Origin: Chrysomallon squamiferum
Lineage: Eukaryota > Animalia > Mollusca
NCBI GenBank assembly: GCA_012295275.1
Contig: CM022679.1
Span: 23,374,001-23,438,000 of the forward strand
Reading direction: 5' to 3'
Length of the DNA: 64,000 nt
A program made the translations under genes and the position numbers. The notes beneath the pieces were generated by a model that was given only the letters and a program-made list of their open reading frames with translations, made no database searches and was not told the origin of the DNA. This document shows, in pieces, positions 43,418 through 54,833 of this stretch (positions are counted from its first letter, which is position 1; the number at the start of each line of letters is the position of its first letter).

Positions 43418-44519
43418 TTTTATTTTTCATTTTCATTTTATTTTATTTTATTTTATTTCGTTTTTATACATTATATTATGTTAATTCAAATTTATTTTTT
43501 GCTTCCCTTATTTCCTTGCACCCCTCTTTTCGTTATTTTGGATCAACCCCTGCGTTATGCTAATTTCTATCTCTTTGTTACCATCTGACCCCTTTCAGAT
43601 AAACCCAATCTTTTATACTAATGGTTCCCTATTTTCTTCGATCCCTACTCTTATTGCTTATAGATCAGCCCCTTATTATTTATGACATTGCTTCCCTCTT
43701 TCCGACAGTCTCCTTTTTTGTTCGGATCCTTCTCCTTCATAACAACGTCTCCTAGTTTTCCTGCATCCCTCTTATATTGCTTTTGGATCGGCTCGTACAT
43801 TTTTTTATACATTTTTGTTTCTTTTTTTCTTTTTTTTTTTTCCTTCTGCTTGCATTGCACAGCCTGAAGGATTCAAGCACGAAAAGGGGATTAGGATTCT
43901 ACTGAAACTTGTCAGGAAAACGATTACCTCGCTTATCAAGGTCACCATCAAACAGGCTGCACCAAGACCTTGTCAATCGAGACTGCACGCCAGCAAAGTT
44001 GCCTGGGTTTAAGGACGACAGGTTGTATGTCAATCCAACTTTTGAAATGTACTTACGTCCACGGACGCTTGAAACATGTCTGACTTGGAGAGCCTATAAT
44101 CAAACAGCTGGGGTTTGTGCTCGTCCAAATCCGGTTTTTCTTGCAAGCCACCGACAATCTCTGATATTAAATTAGTTGTGTGTAGTTAACGTGTTAAAGA
44201 ATGACGTAGAGAAACGAGAGGGTACATGTACAATGTATAATAGCAGCAACAAGACTGGCAAATGCAATAATATGTGTAGATATAGATATAGATACAGATA
44301 TAAATACAGATACAGATACAGATATAGATATATAGATATATAAATATATTTAAGTAAACCAAAAAAACAGTCTCTCCAGATAGATGTTGGTAGAACCTGG
44401 TATTTAGATTCGATCCCAGTATATTCCAGTGTTAAAGATCAGTAAGATCTTGTAAGACTAAATAATCCGCCAAGCTTTCGTTGTAAATAAGAGAGAAAAA
44501 AATGAAGTCAAAAACAAAC

Positions 44520-44523
<4 letters not shown>

Positions 44524-44612
<89 letters not shown>
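44524..44612. repeat. (GA)n microsatellite
   Basis: Pure dinucleotide run. Confidence 0.95.
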
Positions 44613-44615
<3 letters not shown>

Positions 44616-45179
44616 AGAAGAAGTTATTTTCAAATCCAAAAAGCACAAAAAAAAAAAAATTAAATTAAAAAAAAAAGAAGAAGAAAATGAAAAACGAAAT
44701 CGTAAAATAGAGTATTACAAGAAAGCGCCTTCGGAAGAAGCAGATTATTGATTTTATGTTTATTGCTGACAAATACACGATGTCGCCAATCGGTTCAATA
44801 TTTTCCATTGAACTTTAAGCAGGCTTCTAGATTCCGCGCTTGAGTAAATAATGCATGAGATCGATAATAAACAAGCGAAGCGGAACGTTTAATAGCCCAG
44901 AGACGTTTTCTGCGTAAAAAATATGATTTTTACAGCGGAAGATCACCATAGAGATTCTATTAAAAAAAATTAAAACAAGAAATATAGATATATAGATAGA
45001 TAAATAGAACATTCATGTAAAAACGCACGCACTGACACCTACACATACGTGTATTTATATATATATATATATATACACAGATAAACAGATAAATAAATAG
45101 ACCGGCAGATAGACAGGCAGATAGATAAACAGACAGAGCGACAGGTTATGCAGTAGTAATAGAAGTAAATAAAGTTAAA

Positions 45180-45421
45180 TGTGGTAACAGTAGTAGTAGT
45201 AGTAGTAGTTGTTGTTGTTATTGTTGTTGTTGTAATAATAGAGAAAGATGTAGTAGTAATAGACGCAGTAGCAGAATAAATAGTAATAGCAGTAACAATT
45301 AACAGTGGAAGTAGTAGTTGCTTTAGCAACAGTGTAACAATAATATAATAGTAAATTCTGTAATAATTATTTGCAGTAATAGCCATATTATTTGTAGCAG
45401 TAGCAGCAGTAGCAGCAGTAG

Positions 45422-45514
<93 letters not shown>
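45180..45514. repeat. Degenerate (TAG/CAG)n tract followed by (GA)n
   Basis: Read directly; (GA)n at ~45425-45514. Confidence 0.9.
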
Positions 45515-45519
<5 letters not shown>

Positions 45520-45872
45520 ATGTTAGTGTATATCTTGGAGAAGCGTATATTTTTATACGTTAAACTGTTCTAAACACTAATCATCATGATGCACAAAGGC
45601 TATTTTTAGTAACATCGATAACACGCGAATCGAGCCGAAAGCGTCGATTAGAAGCCGAAAATAGAAGTAGGAAAAGTGATTTGGTCTTTGTGCAGTAGTG
45701 AAAGCAGGAAAGGAGAAAACGTCCATTTTGTGTCAGTCGTTTCTGTAATTTATGTAATTAAGTCGAATTTTATTTTTGAAACGTGAATTCAGTGTATTGT
45801 TTAAAATCCTTTAAAATAGATATGTGTCTGTGTATGACAGAGAGAGACAGCCAGACATACAGGCTGACAGAC

Positions 45873-45945
<73 letters not shown>

Positions 45946-46917
45946 GAGAAAGAATGAATACACGTTTCTTTGTTGTACTAAAACTAATTATCACTATTAT
46001 TATTGTTGTTGTTGTTGTTGTTGTCGTTGCTGCTGTAGTTATCATCATCATGACTCATATTTATTCCATTTATTTTTTCACCTTATATTTATTTATTGCA
46101 ATAATTTTTGTAAAAGCCCTACAATAAAAAACAGCTGCGATGACAAAATAACAACAGACAAAGAACTTTCTTTTCTTTTCTTTTTTTTTCACTTTTGTTG
46201 TGACTGCAGCAAAAGCAACTACGACAACAAAGCCTTCTTTTAAAAACTGATATTGACAACCATTTCGCATTCTAATGTGACGGAGTCTTAGATGAATCTG
46301 TTTTCGAAAACAAACAAAATAAAAAACGTATTAATAACAGGATCAAATACTGTGCCAATCTGATCGCGTTCTGAAAAAAAAAAAAAAAAAAAAAAAAAAA
46401 ATTCCTCTCTCGGCCAAATATTTCTGTTTGCGAATTAGGCCAGCCTCTCTCTGTGTGACGCAGACGGATGCGTAGAATGGTTTTAGATTTCTGTATAATC
46501 GTTGTATCCTTGCGCGAAAACCAATAAACAGTTTAACGCCATCTTCACTGTGGCGGATGGGCTGTGATAGATAGCGTGCAGGAATAATAACCGTTCTTCA
46601 GCAAAAGATAGATATTTCTTCTTTTATTTTTATTTTTTTATTTTTTTTAACTCGCTGATCTACGAATGTTTTCAAAGACCGCTTAAAAATAAACAGATTA
46701 CGTAGAGAGAAAGAAAAAAAAAAAAAAAAAAAACAACAAGAAAGAGATAGAGAGAGACAGATAAAAAGACATCAGAAGATTAATAGAATAATGACGGACA
46801 TATACAAATAGACAGACAGACAGATAGACAGGCAGAAGGACAGAGAGGAAGACTGAATGATAGATTGATGGAAGGACGGTCGGAATCAGCAAATGACATT
46901 TGATTGATTGACAGAAC

Positions 46918-46976
<59 letters not shown>

Positions 46977-47351
46977 ATAATAATTATCTATCCTAGATCA
47001 TAATAAAAGATTATATCACAAAATGATAATAAAGGTTTTATAAAGGAAGAAGGTGATAATCTCGTAATTTTGCTCGAAGCTAAATGAGAAAAGAAAATAG
47101 CAGAAAAATATATCCGCAACAACTCTAGGATGTAAAATAACTTACTGGAGTTCATTTGAACAATATAATGAAGTTTTCTTTGTCCAGTCTGTATGTAACG
47201 TAATTTAAATTTATTATAATTAAAATAACTTAAAAAATAAAATTATATAATTTGACAACTTAAAAATTTAAAAATTTAAATATAATTTGGAAAACAAAAA
47301 AAAAAAGAGAGAGAGAGAGATTTCTTAAGTACAACCATTCTAATACTGAAA

Positions 47352-47790
47352 ACAGTGATATACCCTTTTCGCGGTTCCCCATTTATTCATTCCAAACCGC
47401 AAAACAATTAAATTTTTTCAATATTAGAGGATTTTTTATGGGGCATATTTTTGTAACCGTGTAAAAAAATTGCACTGTAGATCTGTCTGTTTTGAAATTT
47501 GTTCCACTTTCTGTCAATTCTAATACATTACCTTTACGGTGCATTCTATGCGGTGTTAACGTTTGACTGTCCTCCTGTAACGTTTCTTTCACAGTTAAAA
47601 TATTGTTTCAGTACAAAATTAAAATTCCATTACACATTAGTGAAATACATAACTGCATGCAATTATTATTTTTACTGTATTAATGAGTAAGAGTGTCTTT
47701 ACATTTAGTACCGTATATAATCTCATAATAGACGTTTTAAAACTGCATCAATATTCGCGGTTTTTCGCTATTCGCGGTGGGGTAAATGGA
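47352..47790. mobile_element. Tigger/pogo-like non-autonomous remnant
   Basis: Left CAGTGATATACCCTTTTCGCGGTT and right ATATTCGCGGTTTTTCGCTATTCGCGGTGGGGT resemble the TTCGCGG subterminal repeats of Tigger-type elements. The right TIR appears truncated. Confidence 0.4.
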
Positions 47791-47950
47791 TAATTGTTAG
47801 TATTTTAAAATGGATATTTCGATGCGAATAGACGGACAAATTTATTTTGAAATATATATTTAAGAATATTAAGATTCTCTCTCTCACGCTCTCACTCTCT
47901 TTCTCTCTCTCTCTCTGTATATAATGATATTATGTGCATATACATGTTCA

Positions 47951-47983
<33 letters not shown>

Positions 47984-48062
47984 ACATATATACACACAAA
48001 TACACACACATACATGCAATCTTCTTTTAATCTGTCAGTTCCTTATCATTTAAAATGTTCTC

Positions 48063-48065
<3 letters not shown>

Positions 48066-48140
<75 letters not shown>
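48066..48140. repeat. (CT)n microsatellite
   Basis: Pure dinucleotide run. Confidence 0.95.
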
Positions 48141-48146
<6 letters not shown>

Positions 48147-49399
48147 ATGTATGTGTGTGTCAATACTCCTGTTTCAATGCAGATGGTTAATCCCACCCAT
48201 CAAGCTTGTCAGATTCCAGTGTCAGTTTCATCCTACGCCGCTCAGTGACAAACGCTATTAAAAATTGCACCCATCACGTGACTGTTTTGAAAACGATCGT
48301 TCTAGATGCGCAATCGACGCCTACGCAAGTGGTGCTTCAAGATGAGGTTAAATTTCACTTTAATACGCATGATTTGATGTGTATGTGCTTAAAATTACCC
48401 CGACATTTGACATGTAAAAGATACTTGTTTGCATTTGAATTAGCTAACATCTCGATGGCAAAACGGCGACTGAAGTTTCCTAGTTAAAGAGCAGAGTTGT
48501 TTGGTTTGCAGTATCTTAAATTATTGCTCGTTCCAACACTGCTCCAATCTGTCAGTGATTATAAGAGACACCTTCCTAATTATGAGATCACCGATAATAA
48601 AAGAATTCTTGCTGCTATTTCGGCAGTCCTGTTGCAGAATCCGGATGCATGAAAAGTAATAACAATAATATTTATTATTATTATTATTATAAGATGTGTC
48701 TTTTTACTCACACTCACACGCACAGACGCACGCACGCACAAATTCACACATTCACCTTCGTATATCGGTCTTGCTCTGAGAAAAGCTAAATAAAACATCT
48801 GATTTTTAAAAAAAGGGTGTACAATCAGGAATACTATTTGACAAGAATCATGAAAGGTCAGGAACTGCTTCTAAAAATACACCTGAACAACCAGGTTGAG
48901 TTCACTAATCTTCAGTTTAATATCCCGTAACGAATCTGGTTATTTTTATTTTGCCTTTACAAGAATTACTGTTGACGGCGTGACGGTCAATAATTATTGT
49001 TGTCATCAACGTAGTTGAGAAGAAACACATTGCAAAGTTATTAAGAACTATTTTTTTTTTTTTTTTTTTTTGTTTGTTTTATGTACTTATTGCCCGCAGA
49101 TTAAATATATATATATATATTACACAAATAGAGAAAACTAATACAATCCAAGCTTGTTGATTAAATATTTGAAAGAATGTAGAACGTTTAGAAAGTATAA
49201 TATGTAACGTAAGTCAATAAAAAAAAAAAAAAAACATCAGTATTTTCAAGGATGTACTGATTATTTAACATAAGCCGCAATTTTCAACCTAAGTACCGCT
49301 GTCACTTCTTATTGGTGCGGATTTTTAAAATACTTTCTTTCGCCGATATTTTACTTATTCTTTCCTTCCGTGATAATTTCGTGTTATTTTTTTCTTCCT

Positions 49400-50030
49400 A
49401 TCACGCGTGGATTTAATAGCATCCAAGTCTACGGCACGCACGTACACGAAACTGCCAGACTGCTGACGTCATTCGCTTGATTAAAGCAACCAATAGCTTA
49501 GCGAGGATTGACAAGACGTGGCGGGATGATTTGTTAAGACTGGGACACGGGGCGGGCGGGGTGGGTGCGTGTGTGGGGGGGTGAGAGTCGAAGGCGGGGG
49601 GGAAAAGCGCGCGAGGCTTGCAAGACAAAACGCGCCGCGTTTGAACGGATTATCTCGGAACGAGGAACACGCGGCCGGCGATATACGGACCCGTAACTGG
49701 AGACATCGGAAATTTCCTACGCCAGCTATTGCGTTCACGCGGCCGTAACCACGGCGACAGGCGAATTCGGGGGAATTATCATTTCCGATGATAATCGAAA
49801 GCACGCCAACTAAGACACGCAAAAAAAACTCAACATGGCGGTCGGTCACGGACAGAAATAGTCGGCTGCTGCTCCGATACGCCGCGCGCCATTTCGACCT
49901 GCTTGGTCGCTCTCTCTCCCCCCACCCCACCCCAGCCCCACGTGGATTGCGATCACGTGACTAGCCCTCGGTGGAAAGAAAGAGAAAGAAATCCGATCGC
50001 TGTGCTATTGACGAAAATGCCTGCATGGTA
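49400..50030. promoter_or_regulatory. Strong CpG-island-like promoter/enhancer
   Basis: By eye the most GC/CpG-rich non-coding block. It contains a CRE TGACGTCA (49464-49471), CCAAT (near 49490), GC boxes GGGCGGG, YY1-like AACATGGCGG and GCGCCATTT, and E-boxes CCACGTGG (49938-49945) and TCACGTGA (49953-49960). Confidence 0.6.
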
Positions 50031-50526
50031 TAATAACGTCGTTAAGATAGTCTGAAAGATTTGTTATTAACTTTCATTTATTTAATGGGGTATTATGTTC
50101 GCGAGGTTTTGTTCCGTCGAAAACCCGGCGCTTTTATATTCAAACGATAGAAAATTAACGTCGTCAATTTAATTGGGATTTTGTAATTAATTCAGAGTGG
50201 ATAAAATTTCAGATGAATTTAATTTTATTATTATTATTGTTGGTGGTGGTGGTGGTGGTGAAAATAATTAACATAGGATAATTAACATAAAAAAATAAAA
50301 TAAAAATAAATCAACTTTATTATTATTATTATTATTATTATTATTTATTCATATTATATATTTTTTTTTTATTTATTTATTTTATTTTATTTAAATATAA
50401 TATAGTATAATATAATATATTGTAAATTTTAAAAAAAAAAAAACAGTGAAAAAGGCCGGACATAAACCATAACAGCAAAAACGTGCATCGCGTAAATTCG
50501 CCACCCCCCACCATCTTGGTACTCAC

Positions 50527-50560
50527 CCTCCACCATCCTCGAGTCCCTCGTTTCGACTGA
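50527..50560 (-). other. Candidate mini first exon (Inr TCAGTC - ATG GTG GAG G | GTGAGT)
   Basis: The minus strand reads TCAGTCGAAACGAGGGACTCGAGGATGGTGGAGG|GTGAGT: initiator consensus at 50560-50555, ATG at 50536 in good context, and a consensus donor at 50526-50521. Confidence 0.35.
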
Positions 50561-50724
50561 GTGCAGCCGACATCTGTAAAACAATGTACAGCGCGTGAAA
50601 TTCAAGACTTACGGCTCTGCGATGTAATTACGTCGCACACAATCGATATCAAAGTACTAAAAAAAACCAGTATAGGTAGTTTATTGCTGTATATTAGGTC
50701 TATTGATTGCTGTCAACAACAACA

Positions 50725-50812
50725 CGGAAGAGGACGGAACTTTACGATAGAAACACTCGTACGAAGAATGGGGGTACCTGGATCGATTTCAACCGTGGGC
50801 AAATTAGTTTTA
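50725..50812 (+). mobile_element. Possible degenerate SINE tRNA head
   Basis: GATAGAAACACTCG...GGATCGATTTCAACCGTGGGCAAATT resembles a SINE head with a B-box-like GGATCGAT. Confidence 0.3.
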
Positions 50813-50943
50813 TTATATAAAACTTTTTATTTCAGTTACTATTTGTCGAATGTTTACAGCTAAATAAAATGTAATTATTATTACTATGCGTACTTCTATT
50901 ATTATTACGATTATTGCTTCATTTACTTTAGCTATCGATATTA

Positions 50944-51740
50944 TAGGGGGTCAAAAGTCCCATTACACTTTCAAATTTTAATTAAATGAAAACGGTTTTG
51001 CGGGTTTGAACAAAATTAGTCGTGAACTTTCTATAGACTCCTACAATTTGTTCCATAACCGAAAAAAATTCCTCTTCTTCTGTTTTCTCCAAAGCTAGTT
51101 GTATATGGTGCGCTATGTCTTCTAAAACAAATACACTGGACCATTTTTCTCCAAAGATGATCAGTAGCAGCCTGTTAATATGACAGGTGTCAATTATCTA
51201 GCGATGCTTCGAAATATTTTTCTCCCTGAATTGGAACCTGTAGCCAATGTTGATGATTGTTTTTTTCCAATGGTGCTCCTCCACATTATGCTAAAGCAGT
51301 TCGCGATTTCTTGGATCACAAGTTCCCTGATAAATGGGTAGGTCATCGAGGACCTCTGGAGTGGGCGCCACGTTCTCCAGATTTAACACCCTCTGACTTC
51401 TTTCTGTGGGGCTTCCCGAAAAGCAAAAATCTATGCATCAAAGCTCAGGAGTGTTGAAGAGTTAGAGGAACATACAAGGAATGCCTGCAATCTTGTTACA
51501 AGGGAGATGCTGACCGGAGTTGAAAAGGAATGCTTGAAGAGGTGGGCAATGTGTCTCGAAAAAGAAGGCGCTCACGTTGAAGTCTACGGAGCCTAAGAAA
51601 ACAGAAGAAGAGGAATGTTTTCATTATGGGACAAATTGTAGCAGTCTACAGAAATTTCACGACTAATTTTGTTCAAATCCGTAAAGCCGTTTTCATTTAA
51701 TTAAAATTTAAAAGTGTAAGGGGACTTTTGAATGACCCAG
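50944..51740 (+). mobile_element. Internally deleted Tc1/mariner DNA transposon, DD41D (rosa/Visitor) type, with long TIRs of about 145 bp and TA target duplication
   Basis: Left end 50944-51088 (TAGGGGGTCAAAAGTCCCATTACACTTT...CCTCTTCTTCTGTTTTCT) is the reverse complement of right end ~51596-51740 (AGAAAACAGAAGAAGAGG...AAAGTGTAAGGGGACTTTTGAATGACCCAG). TA lies at 50942-50943 and 51741-51742, and a transposase C-terminus lies inside. Confidence 0.92.
51089..51596 (+). pseudogene. Frameshifted C-terminal DDD transposase fragment
   Basis: Fragments in shifting frames: WCAMSS / TGPFF / NMTGVNYLAMLRNIFLPEL / NGAPPHYAKAVRDFLDHKFPDKWVGHRGPLEWAPRSPDLTPSDFFLWG / IYASKLRSVEELEEHTRNACNLVTREML...KRWAMCLEKEGAHVE. 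There are 41 residues between the second catalytic position (mutated D>N) and the third D. The N-terminal HTH region and first D are missing. Confidence 0.9.
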
Positions 51741-51754
51741 TACTATCGATAATT

Positions 51755-52050
51755 CTACCACTACAACTACTACCATAACCTCTAGTTACCACTACTATTA
51801 CTACTACATCTACTTCTAATGCTATATTAATTAATACTATTACTGATGCTACTAGTACTACTACTACCATTACTACTAGTACTACTAGTGCTACTATAAC
51901 TAAGACTGCAACTGCTACTGTTACTACTATTATCTCTACTATTGTTTCTATCGCTATTAACTCTAATACTATTACTACTACTAAAACACAACAACAACAA
52001 CAACTACTACTACTACTACTACTACTGTTACTACTAATAATATTATACAA
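51755..52050. repeat. Degenerate (CTA)n tract
   Basis: About 300 bp of CTA/CTG/TTA triplets. Confidence 0.85.
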
Positions 52051-52144
52051 CCTCTATTAATACTTAAATCTAGTGCTGATGCTAATAATTATAAACAGTA
52101 AACAAGCATGCACATAGAGATTATTATTATTTAACATAAAACAA

Positions 52145-52193
<49 letters not shown>

Positions 52194-52583
52194 TTAAAAT
52201 AAATAAATAATTAATTATTTTTTTAAATCTCTATTTTAAACTAGCACGTATCAATAGCAACACCACAGACAACTTCACACATTGTTCACTACTTTTAGCC
52301 CCGGGGAACAAAACGTGGAGGGCGTGTCTTGGCTCCCGCCCTTCGGTCCCCAGCTATCTCAGCCAAACAATTACCGGATTCGGCCGAAAACAACTCGAGA
52401 TTCACGACTTCGCCATCTGCACCTTTGTGTTATTACAAAGTCATCAAATATCGGCTTGTAATTAACGCCCAGAATATGTTATGTTCCTGGAGTCATTATG
52501 GGTCACTGGATGTGAACGTCATAAATTATTTACTCAGCTGTGAATGGCAGAAGAACAGACACAAAGAGATGAATTATGGAAAA

Positions 52584-52584
<1 letters not shown>

Positions 52585-52678
<94 letters not shown>
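52585..52678. repeat. (GA)n microsatellite
   Basis: Pure dinucleotide run. Confidence 0.95.
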
Positions 52679-52682
<4 letters not shown>

Positions 52683-53219
52683 AATACAAACACATACTCA
52701 GAGAGAAATAAATACATATTAACACAAATATTCATGAGACGGCTGCTATATATGCTGAACGAATCTCTATATAGCTATTAATTTTATTTATTTATTTATT
52801 TATTTATTTATTTTGTATTTCCCACAGAAATTTAATTCAAGTATTATCGATCTTGCTACAAATTATTAACATTACCGGGAATGAGAAACATTACACTGAC
52901 TTGTAATCGTTAATTGTTTAAGCGTGAAGTAACAGAAATGTCTTATGTCAAGTTTTTACGATTTTCTTCATGTCAGTAAATCAAAACTGTGTCCTTGGTC
53001 AATCAGCGATGAAGTTAACGTTCAGTGAAAAAAAAAAAATTCTCCAGCCTGGCTTTGATCTTCTGACTGATTTGTCAGAAGAAATACGCACATCGCATTA
53101 AATTTCATTGTCACGTGATACACGAATCGATATGCATTTGATTGGTCAAATGCGCGAGCGGTGCGACCGATACTTAATGAATTCCATACATTCGAATATA
53201 CGTTTGTTCTTGTACATTC

Positions 53220-53680
53220 TGAGGCGCTGTTCGTCCTACTGATTTATGTTTCTGATATGTAATTTATTCGACTGATACGTAATCTATGTGACCGATGCGT
53301 AATATATGCGACTGATACGTAATTTGATGCGATCGTATGTAATTTATGCGACTGATACGTGATTTATGCGACCGGTATGTAATTTATGCGATTGATACGT
53401 AAACTGTATATAATGATTATCATTCATGCCTCATTACGTCACGAAACGGACACAGAGCTCGTACATCAGTATGATAAACGTATGAACAACAAAAATAAAA
53501 TAAACCCACTCGTACATCATACAAACAAGGACGCATGTACCAGTACGAGTACGTACAGTGTGATGTTACCTGTTGCATAAATTATGAATATCGGTCGCCC
53601 ATATTGCGTTTCTGTGACATTAATTACGTATCGATTCGCATGTCACGTTTCAGAGAAATAAAATATGAAGTGGCGCTTCA
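53220..53680. mobile_element. Foldback-type MITE with internally repetitive inverted arms
   Basis: Ends TGAGGCGC (53220) and GCGCTTCA (53680) are near-inverted. The left arm has about 8 copies of a 20-bp unit (ACTGATACGTAATTTATGCG, ~53239-53402). The right arm (~53575-53670) has degenerate reverse-complement copies such as GCATAAATTA and AATTACGTATCGATTCGCAT. Confidence 0.6.
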
Positions 53681-53827
53681 CGTGACAAATAAATAACACG
53701 ACCAAAGACAGCTGATGAAAATTAACTAAGCGTTTCATTCGTCGTAGGCTGCATAAAGACATATTTTATATTTTAAACACGAACAGATATTGTGAAAACA
53801 TGACATTAAATACGACCAAACATACGC

Positions 53828-53862
<35 letters not shown>

Positions 53863-54036
53863 AAAACTAAGAGCCAACAGAACTGAATTACGTAATGAGA
53901 CTTTTTATGTTTTATTTATATCCACGATCGTGATAATAATATGGCGATAAAAATGTTCTAATATATGACACAAATAGTAAATTAAATTAAAAAAAAAAAA
54001 AAAACAGTGAAAAACTCAATATTTTTTTAAATTTAA

Positions 54037-54068
<32 letters not shown>

Positions 54069-54402
54069 CGTTGTTGTTGTGTGTATACGTATCTCTTTGA
54101 CTGTGAGTTTATAAACATATGTTTGTATATGCGTGCGTCTGCATGTGAACATGTGTGAGTTCGTGTCTGTCTTTGTGAGTGTGTTCATGTTTGTTTGATG
54201 CTGTATGTTTTAATATGTGTGTGTATCCCTGTTTGCCTGTGATATATACACTATTTATATGTGTGTATACGGACGGATACAAACTGACAGCTACACAGAC
54301 AGGCAGAGACATAGAAATAAAATATTAGCACATAAAAATAGTAAACAAACGATACAAGTTTTATAACGTGAAGAATAACTAAGCTGGTTAAGTACAGTTA
54401 AA

Positions 54403-54833
54403 TCTTAATACAATCTAAAACGCCTTTAACATTTAATACGATCTGATACGAATTAAAATTTAATACGATCTGATACACATTTAACGTTTAATACGATCTG
54501 ATACACATTTAATGTTTAATACGATCTGGTACGCCTTTAACATTTAATACGATCCGAAACACATTTAACGTTTAATACAGTCTGATATGCATTAAAATGT
54601 TAACACAATTTGATTCGCATTTAATATTTAAAACGATCGATACCCAATTAATAATATTTAATACGATCTGATACACATTTAATATTCATATGATTTGATA
54701 TGCATTTAACATTTAAAACGATCTGATACGCATTTAACATTTAGTACGATCTAATACGCATTTAAAATTTAGAACGACCTGGGACGCATTTAACATTTAA
54801 TACGATCTGAAACGCATCTAACATTTAATACAA
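54403..54833. repeat. Minisatellite, 28-bp unit, about 15 copies
   Basis: Tandem variants of ATTTAATACGATCTGATACGCATTTAAC. Confidence 0.9.

Noticed and set aside
44380-44425. tRNA-like TGGTAGAA...GATTCGATCCC
   Set aside because: No cloverleaf stems; at most a SINE-head fragment.
49413-49930. 149-aa and 71-aa minus-strand ORFs in the CpG island
   Set aside because: Openness is explained by high GC, the starts are non-ATG, and no motif is recognisable.
53239-54833. CRISPR-like appearance of the 20- and 28-bp repeats
   Set aside because: Units are directly tandem without unique spacers; eukaryotic context and no cas genes.
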